Source: an uncultured delta proteobacterium
Lineage (GTDB): Bacteria; Myxococcota_A; Polyangia; Polyangiales; Polyangiaceae
Reading direction: 5' to 3'
Length of the DNA: 64,000 nt
NCBI GenBank assembly: GCA_963841435.1
Contig: CAWJCS010000002.1
Coordinates: forward strand, 704,001-768,000
Shown here piece by piece: positions 57,614-64,000 of the stretch. A model generated the notes under the pieces. It ran no database searches, was not told where the DNA came from, and saw only the letters and a program-made list of their open reading frames with translations. Both the position numbers and the translations under genes were made by a program. Each line of letters opens with the position of its first letter. Positions within the stretch are counted from its first letter, which is position 1.

Positions 57614-59533
57614 TCATTCGGAGATGGTCGTGGGCCTGTCGTCGCGGGTAGCGGCGAGGCGCGAGAGACGTGCTTCGTCGCGCCCGCGCGCCCCGTCGAG
57701 CAACACGGTCGGAGCGACGCGCGGGGCCCACGTGCTCTTCCACAGCGAAAGCGCCCGCGCCCGTGCCTCCCGCCGCGCCGCGGGGCCGGCGACGAAGTCC
57801 GCGTCGAATTCGGCGAAATGGGGCAGCGTTCGGAGCGCGTCGAGCGCCATCTTGCGCACCGCGGCGTAGGGGTCGTCGAGCAGCTCGGCGAGCAAGGCCG
57901 CTTCCCAGTCGGAGCCGGAGGCGCGCTGCGCTTCCGGGCGACCGAACGCCCACGCGAGGATGGCGCGCTCGGCGGCATCGCCCGCGACGAGGCCGGCCAC
58001 GGCCATGGCCGTGTCGTCGGACCCGACCGCGCTCGAACCGATGCCGTAAAAGCGTTGCAATCGCTCGGCGGTCCACGCGAGCGTGCGGTCGAGGTGGCAG
58101 AGGTTGCAGGCGTTCGGTCGTCCGAACTCGGCCGTGTCGGTCGCGCTCGGCGAGTCGATGCGGTGGGAGCGAATGCCCTTGAACAGGGCGTAGGAGGTAA
58201 ATGGCATGTGGCAGCCCACGCACGAGTCGCCCGGGGAGCCGGCGGCGTGGTGTGTGTGCTCGGCGCGGTGCCCCGCTTCTTTCGCGTGGCAGTGCTCACA
58301 GGCGGCATCGACGCTGGCGCCACGGCGGAGCTGATCGTCCGGCTCGCTCTCGTGCATCGAATGGCAACTGAGGCAGGAAATCCGCCGCTTGCCGCTCCCC
58401 CGCGCGAAGCACGCGGATGCGACGAGCCCATTGTGCTCGCGCCCGCCGACGCGAATCGTGCCGTCCGCCCAGAAGAGGCTCTCCGCGCTCGCCTCCACGA
58501 GCCCTGCGAGCGTGCCGCCCGTGGCGGGCGAGGCGACGAGCGTTCGGCTTTCGTCGAGCGCGTCGCCAGGACGATAGTCGTCGGCGTACCCCGCTTTCCA
58601 GAAGCGCTCCTCGCTCTTTGGCACGAAGTACGCGTGGCACTGACCGCACACCTCCGAGGCGCGCTCCGGCGTCAGGCGCGCCGGATTGACGATGGTCGGG
58701 TCCGGTTCGTCGCGGAGGTGACGCGCCAGGCGCTCGAGCGGGTTTCGGTGCCGCTCGGCGTGCTCGCCGCCGGGTCCGTGGCAGGCCTCGCAGGCGATGC
58801 CGAGCTCGGCCGCGCTCGTCCTGAACGTGTCGGTGCGAAGGTCGTGCTCCGGGCGCCCGAGCGTGGCGTGGCACTGAACGCAGTTCGAATTCCAGCGCAC
58901 CGCGTGCTCGGACGCAGCGGGGGGCTGCAAGAAAGCGTCGCGGCGAGCGATGAAGCGCCCGTCACCGATGAGGTACGTCACGGGCACGAGCCGGAGCTCG
59001 TTGCCGCGCTCGCCACGCACCCAATAGACTTCGTGGTGGTGCGACCCCGTGGCGAGCACGACGCGCCTCGTGACGAGGGGCGCGGCGGCGTTCGGCCGCG
59101 GGTCGCCCGCGACGATCGCCCGGGCCACGAGGTCCGGATCGGGCAGTCGGGCCCGTAGCTCTTCGCCGCGCGTGAAAAGCTCGATGCTGCGGCCTTCGAC
59201 CTCGAGCCTCCGGCCATCGAAGGGCGCGCGCACGGTGCTCGGCGTCGCGAGGCGCGTCATGGTGCGGTGAAAGCTCCGGTGCCAGCTTGCGTGTTCGGCC
59301 GGATGGCAGCTCCGGCAAGCGTTCGACCCCACGGCGCTCGATGGCGTCGTGCGCTCGGGCGCGCCCGGCGCTGCGGCCGTGTCAGGGCGGCTTGCCACGA
59401 GGACCGCCGTGGCCGTCAGCCCGAACAGCCCGGCCGCGCCCGCCGCGCGCGCACGGGACCCCGCGCCGCGCACGGCGACCCAGGCACCGCTCGCAGCGAC
59501 GCCGAGCACGCAGAAAAGCTCCACGGCGGCCAC
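57614..59533 (-). CDS. Membrane-anchored octaheme c-type cytochrome (c554-like) with C-terminal HEAT-like repeats
   Basis: Eight CxxCH motifs: CRSCH, CVQCH, CEACH, CGQCH, CLSCH, CEHCH, CVGCH and CNLCH. Two N-terminal TM segments. Start estimated. Confidence 0.85.
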   Translation of the reverse strand: MAAVELFCVLGVAASGAWVAVRGAGSRARAAGAAGLFGLTATAVLVASRPDTAAAPGAPERTTPSSAVGSNACRSCHPAEHASWHRSFHRTMTRLATPSTVRAPFDGRRLEVEGRSIELFTRGEELRARLPDPDLVARAIVAGDPRPNAAAPLVTRRVVLATGSHHHEVYWVRGERGNELRLVPVTYLIGDGRFIARRDAFLQPPAASEHAVRWNSNCVQCHATLGRPEHDLRTDTFRTSAAELGIACEACHGPGGEHAERHRNPLERLARHLRDEPDPTIVNPARLTPERASEVCGQCHAYFVPKSEERFWKAGYADDYRPGDALDESRTLVASPATGGTLAGLVEASAESLFWADGTIRVGGREHNGLVASACFARGSGKRRISCLSCHSMHESEPDDQLRRGASVDAACEHCHAKEAGHRAEHTHHAAGSPGDSCVGCHMPFTSYALFKGIRSHRIDSPSATDTAEFGRPNACNLCHLDRTLAWTAERLQRFYGIGSSAVGSDDTAMAVAGLVAGDAAERAILAWAFGRPEAQRASGSDWEAALLAELLDDPYAAVRKMALDALRTLPHFAEFDADFVAGPAARREARARALSLWKSTWAPRVAPTVLLDGARGRDEARLSRLAATRDDRPTTISE

Positions 59534-59584
59534 GAGCGTGCCGAACCATACCAGCCGCTGACCTCGGTTGCAGCGCGGCCGTGG

Positions 59585-61330
59585 ATGGGCGATGCGAAAC
59601 CGGTGCGCGCCGACGAGCTCCATGCCCGCGTCGAGCGTCTCAGGGAGCGGGTGGAGGCGCGTGACCCGGGGGAGTGGACCCGGCTGACCTCGGAGCTCGA
59701 GGCGCTGCGTGCTCTTTATCGGAGCAACTCGCTCGCGTTCACGCCCGACCTGCTCGGCATGCTCAAAGGCATCGCGGAGAACCTGCGTGTCGGGCCGAGC
59801 GATCTCGAGCTCGAGCGCGCGCTCAAGACGACGTTCGGTTTCGATACTTTCCGTCCCGGTCAGCTCGCCATCGTGCGCAGCGTGCTCGCGGGGCGCGACT
59901 GCATCGGCGTGATGCCCACGGGGGCCGGAAAGTCGCTCACCTACCAGCTACCGGCGCGCGTCCTCGGCGGCCTCGCGCTGGTCGTTTCGCCACTCATCGC
60001 CCTCATGAAAGATCAGGTCAACGCGCTGTCGGAGGCGGGCCTTCGCGCGACGTACTTGAACTCGAGCCTGACTCTCGACGAGCGACGCGAGCGCATCGCG
60101 CGGCTTCGCGCGGGAGAATACGAGCTGCTCTACGCGGCGCCCGAGGGCCTCGAGGCGGCGACGGGAAGGCTCGTGGGCGAGCTCGACTTGAAGTTGATCG
60201 CCGTGGACGAGGCGCACTGCATCAGCCAGTGGGGCCACGATTTTCGCCCCGCCTACCGCAACCTTTCGGGCCTCAAGCGCCGCTTCCCCAGGACCCCCGT
60301 GCTCGCGCTGACCGCCACCGCCACCCAAGACGTGGTGCGGGATATCGAGGCGCAGCTCGGCATGCAGGGGCCCGCGCTCTTTCGTGGCTCGTTCTACAGG
60401 AAGAACCTGCGCCTGTTCGCCTGCCGCAAGGACGCTCTCGGCCGCATGACGACGCGCGAGGCCATCCGCGCGCTCCTGCTCGATCGCCGCGGTGAGAGCG
60501 GCATCATTTACGCCCTCTCGCGAAAGTCCGTCGAGCAGCTCTCGGAATTCCTCAAGGCCTCGGGGATCGCGGCGGGCCACTACCACGCGGGGATGGACCC
60601 CGCCGACCGCTCGCGCGTCCAGGACGCCTTCCGCTCCGGCGAAATCAACGTCGTGGTGGCCACGATTGCCTTCGGCATGGGCATCGACAAATCGAACGTC
60701 CGCTTCGTGATCCACCGCGACATGCCGCGCTCGGTCGAGGGCTACTATCAGGAGATCGGTCGTGCGGGGCGCGACGGCCTCGAGAGCGACTGCTATCTAT
60801 TTTACTCGTGGGCAGACGTGAAAGCCTACGACCGCTTCGCCGACTCTGCGACCGACGATCTTGCCGGCGAGCGACTCCGCGCGCAGGCGCGGGAGATGCA
60901 CCGGCTCGCGGAAGCCGACGGATGCCGCCACCAGCACCTCGTGGGCTACTTCGGCGAATTGCTCGGGCCAACCTGCGCGAGCTGCGATCACTGCCTCGCT
61001 GAGGATGCGTCCGCGACGCTGCGCGGGCTCAGGCGCACGGCCAAGGCGGGGAAGCCTCGCCCGGAAGCCGGCGAGGGTGCGCGGCGCGCGCCCCCGGAGC
61101 TCGGGACCGGCGACGAGACGTTGTTCCAGACGTTGCGCGAGCTTCGCGGGCGGCTCGCGGTCGAGCGCCGCGTGCCCGCGTACGTCGTGTTCAGCGACGC
61201 GACGCTCGTGGAGATGGCGCGCCGGCGCCCGGCGAGCCAGGGCGAGCTGCTCGGCGTGCCCGGCGTGGGCATGGCGAAGCTCGAGCGCTACGGCGAGGTC
61301 TTCCTCGCCGCCATCGCTCGCCACGGCTGA
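59585..61330 (+). CDS. recQ: RecQ-family DNA helicase with HRDC domain
   Basis: MPTGAGKSL, VDEAHCISQWGHDFRP, ATIAFGMGIDK, QEIGRAGRDG, Zn site CR...C..CD.C and HRDC (PAYVVFSDATL). Confidence 0.92.
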   Translation: MGDAKPVRADELHARVERLRERVEARDPGEWTRLTSELEALRALYRSNSLAFTPDLLGMLKGIAENLRVGPSDLELERALKTTFGFDTFRPGQLAIVRSVLAGRDCIGVMPTGAGKSLTYQLPARVLGGLALVVSPLIALMKDQVNALSEAGLRATYLNSSLTLDERRERIARLRAGEYELLYAAPEGLEAATGRLVGELDLKLIAVDEAHCISQWGHDFRPAYRNLSGLKRRFPRTPVLALTATATQDVVRDIEAQLGMQGPALFRGSFYRKNLRLFACRKDALGRMTTREAIRALLLDRRGESGIIYALSRKSVEQLSEFLKASGIAAGHYHAGMDPADRSRVQDAFRSGEINVVVATIAFGMGIDKSNVRFVIHRDMPRSVEGYYQEIGRAGRDGLESDCYLFYSWADVKAYDRFADSATDDLAGERLRAQAREMHRLAEADGCRHQHLVGYFGELLGPTCASCDHCLAEDASATLRGLRRTAKAGKPRPEAGEGARRAPPELGTGDETLFQTLRELRGRLAVERRVPAYVVFSDATLVEMARRRPASQGELLGVPGVGMAKLERYGEVFLAAIARHG

Positions 61331-61333
61331 CGT

Positions 61334-61762
61334 TCAGGACGGCGTGGTGCCGACGAGCGACTTGAGGATCCCCGCCGGGCTGCGGCGGCCTGGGCGGTAG
61401 CGCGGCGGCGCGGGCGGCAGGTAGCGGAGCGCGCGCTCGAGCAGGTAGCGATCGAGCCCCGACACGTGCTCGAACTCGAGGGCGAGGCCGCGCGTGTGCT
61501 CGCCGGGGCGCCGTCCGTGGACCACGCGAGCGACCACCGCTTCCGCATCGATGTAGTTCGAGAGCTGCGGGATGCGGAAGGACAGGATGACGCGCTCGCC
61601 CGTCAGCACGGGATCGGCCGGCATCACGAGCGCGCCGCCCGCGGAAAGGTCGGCGATTTGGTCGGCGACGAGGCGAAAGTCGCGTTCCCGGACGACCTGG
61701 CAGTCGAGCGAGACCAGTCGTCGGGGAGCGCGGTGGTGTGAGGTGGGCGGGATTCGGCGCAT
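61334..61762 (-). CDS. PilZ domain protein
   Basis: HRAPRR and DLSAGG motifs, plus GLALEF. Confidence 0.82.
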   Translation of the reverse strand: MRRIPPTSHHRAPRRLVSLDCQVVRERDFRLVADQIADLSAGGALVMPADPVLTGERVILSFRIPQLSNYIDAEAVVARVVHGRRPGEHTRGLALEFEHVSGLDRYLLERALRYLPPAPPRYRPGRRSPAGILKSLVGTTPS

Positions 61763-61916
61763 CGGGATCTCCTCGACCGCGATCGTACGGGGCTTCCCAC
61801 ACTCGGGGCCAAATTCGCTGAAGCTCCCACAAGCGCCCACTTCGACCCAGCAAAGTCGGGAGCTCCTTCGGGATTGTCTTAACTCGAGGCGGCCCCACCC
61901 GTTCAAGTCGCTAGTG

Positions 61917-63329
61917 ATGCGTCGTAACACGTTGGGCAAAATTGTCGGATTTTCCTTGAGTCTCGCGATGTCGGGCGTCGCGGCACCCCGCGCTGGTTCC
62001 GACGTGCGGCGTCCAACGCTGGTCCTCGGCCAAGCGCCCGACCACTTCGGTCTGCGAACGGTGGGTGAAAGCGGCGCCGAATGGGCGCTTCCCGACGGGG
62101 CGCGCGTGATCGCCGAGCCGGGTACGACGCTTTCGATCTCCAAGGGCGCCCAGCGCCTGAAGCTCGCCACGGGCACCGTGCGTGCCTACACCGTCGCGCT
62201 CCGGGCAGGCTCGCTGCGGGTCAGCGTGCCAGACCCCGAGCACTCGGCCGTGATCGTGGCCACGCCGCGCCGCACGATCGCCATCGTCGCCAGTGGAGAC
62301 GTGACGATCCTCGCGGGGGACGAGGTCGTGGTCGCCAACACCGTCGGACAAACGTCGCTGTCCCTCGCCGGAGGCCGCTATCACCCCATCGACGCCGGCA
62401 CGCTCGCCGTGGTCAACAGGAACGGCGAAAGCCGCCGCCCGCTCCTCCCTTCGCCGGGCAATCTCCGCGGCTCCACCGTGATGCTCTCGTACGGCGGCCG
62501 CGTCCGGCTCGGCGCCTTCTCGTGGCAGGGGGTACCCGGCGCGGCCGGCTACCGCGTCGAGCTACGCGAAGCCGATTCGAACCGACTCCTCGAGCGTGCC
62601 GTGCGTTCCGAGCCGCGCCTGGAGGCCGGTCTCGTCGAGCTCGAGCCCGGCGCGTACTCGATGCGGCTCGTGGCGTTGGATTCCAGTGGCCTCGAGAGCG
62701 AAAACCCCGTCGAGCGCTCGCTGCACGTGATGCACTTGACGCTTCCCGAGGGGGGGTACCTCGACGAGCGCGGTGCGGCGCGGCTGCCGCCCGGCGCCAA
62801 GCTCAGGCTGGCGAACGTGACCGGCGTGACGATGACCTACGGCGGCGGGCGAAACTTCGTTCCGGCTCCCAGCGCGCTCGAGCTGTTCCAGCCCGAGGCG
62901 CGCGTGGTCCACTTTCGCGACGGCGGGGGAGGTGGCGACGCCACGCTCGTGCTGTTGCCGCGCACCGCCCGCGCCGCCGTGTCGTTCGGCCCCTTGGCCC
63001 CGAGCTGGCCCGGCACGTCGCTGCGGATCCGCGTGCGGCTGACCGAGGCGGGAGGACAAACCGTGCCGAGCTGGATCGAAGCGCGCACGCGCGTCTTCGT
63101 GGGCGTCGACCCCGTCGATGTCTCGTTCTCGACCGAAGACGGCTGGCTCGTCGGCGCTCTCGATCCGCAGCCTGGTCCCGGACCGTGGGTGGTGCGTGTC
63201 GAGGTCGCCGATCAGCACGGCATCGAGCTCGGACGCGACTTCGTGGAAATCGCGCCGGCGCGCCCGCGCCCCGCGCCCGATCGATCAGCCAAGCCGGCTC
63301 ATCCGGCCGAAGTAGGAAAGGGCTCCTGA
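61917..63329 (+). CDS. Secreted protein with FecR-like N-terminus and Fn3-like domain
   Basis: Signal-like N-terminus, LPDGARV...LRAGSL (FecR-like) and WQGVPGAAGYRV...GAYSMRL (Fn3-like). Confidence 0.65.
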   Translation: MRRNTLGKIVGFSLSLAMSGVAAPRAGSDVRRPTLVLGQAPDHFGLRTVGESGAEWALPDGARVIAEPGTTLSISKGAQRLKLATGTVRAYTVALRAGSLRVSVPDPEHSAVIVATPRRTIAIVASGDVTILAGDEVVVANTVGQTSLSLAGGRYHPIDAGTLAVVNRNGESRRPLLPSPGNLRGSTVMLSYGGRVRLGAFSWQGVPGAAGYRVELREADSNRLLERAVRSEPRLEAGLVELEPGAYSMRLVALDSSGLESENPVERSLHVMHLTLPEGGYLDERGAARLPPGAKLRLANVTGVTMTYGGGRNFVPAPSALELFQPEARVVHFRDGGGGGDATLVLLPRTARAAVSFGPLAPSWPGTSLRIRVRLTEAGGQTVPSWIEARTRVFVGVDPVDVSFSTEDGWLVGALDPQPGPGPWVVRVEVADQHGIELGRDFVEIAPARPRPAPDRSAKPAHPAEVGKGS

Positions 63330-63742
63330 TGGCCAATGCGCTAGCAAAGCAAATCGACGCTCCGCCCGACGAGGGCACGTCCGAAAGCGCCGAGGGCGCC
63401 GCGAACCGCCGGGTGCACCGTCGTCACCAGATCGAGATCGAGATCGACGTGACGAGCGATCACAACTTTTATGCCGGCATCAGCTTCGACTTGTCGGAAG
63501 GAGGCGTGTTCGTCGCGACCCACCTCAACAGGCCCATCGGCACGGTCATCGATCTTGCGCTGCGCCTGCCGGGTTGTGACACGCCGCTGCATTGCGTCGG
63601 TGAGGTGCGCTGGGTGCGAGCCTACCGCGAGGACAGCGAGTCTCCCCCCGGCCTCGGCGTGCGCTTCGTGCTGCTCGAGCCGGGCGCGCGCGAGGCAATC
63701 CAGGCGTTTTTGGCCGAGCGCGATCCGATGTTCTACGAGTGA
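63329..63742 (+). CDS. TIGR02266-family (myxobacterial PilZ-like) protein
   Basis: NRRVHRR, SDHNFYAG, DLSEGGVFVAT, GEVRWVR, PGLGVRF and RDPMFYE. Confidence 0.88.
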   Translation: MANALAKQIDAPPDEGTSESAEGAANRRVHRRHQIEIEIDVTSDHNFYAGISFDLSEGGVFVATHLNRPIGTVIDLALRLPGCDTPLHCVGEVRWVRAYREDSESPPGLGVRFVLLEPGAREAIQAFLAERDPMFYE

Positions 63743-63752
63743 GCCTGCTTTC

Positions 63753-64000
63753 TCACGACGCAGGGAAGCCGTAGCGCTTGTAGACGCGCCCGACTGCCTT
63801 GTCGTCGATGAGGCCGAGCAGGCGCCCGCTTTCGTCCGTGACGGGGAGCTCGCGCAGGCCGTTGGCGAGCATGATCTCGATGGCGGCGGCGACCTCGTCG
63901 TCGGCCCGGATCGAGACCGGCGGTCGCATCATGTCGGACGCAGTGGCGACGTGCATCAGCTCGGGTGACGAAGCGAGGATCATGACCTCGTCCGGCGTGA
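63753..64000 (-). CDS. C-terminal CBS domain of a protein running in from the right edge
   Basis: ASDMMRPPVSI...MLANGLRELPVTD..GRLLGLI. Confidence 0.75.
   Translation of the reverse strand, partial: TPDEVMILASSPELMHVATASDMMRPPVSIRADDEVAAAIEIMLANGLRELPVTDESGRLLGLIDDKAVGRVYKRYGFPAS

Overview
High-GC bacterial DNA, very probably from a myxobacterium of the Polyangiaceae/Sorangiineae type. This is inferred from Gly/Ser-linker lipoproteins, a TIGR02266-type PilZ gene, an ECF/anti-sigma module and several sigma54-type promoters. About 55 genes are supported. Housekeeping genes are proS, a metB-like lyase, a sulfite/nitrite reductase, dapD/dapE, ndk, sucCD, mdh, icd, gor and recQ; these are mixed with accessory genes. 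No rRNA, tRNA, CRISPR array or transposase was seen. The standout is a five-gene minus-strand operon at 40928-48036. It encodes a 106-aa Trp-containing putative precursor peptide, a ComQ-like class I isoprenyl-transferase-fold enzyme, a divergent cytoplasmic S8 protease, a ComP-like PDZ/multi-TM/GAF histidine kinase and a sigma54 response regulator. It is preceded by a sigma54-like promoter and two identical 15-bp near-palindromes 22 bp apart. This looks like a ComQXPA-analogous prenylated-peptide (RiPP) signalling system with autoinduction in a Gram-negative myxobacterium; that reading is inference. A second peptide-processing candidate is a C39 peptidase + double-glycine membrane peptide + beta-barrel cluster at 25271-26950. 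Four genes carry single-base indels in short homopolymers, most likely sequencing errors.
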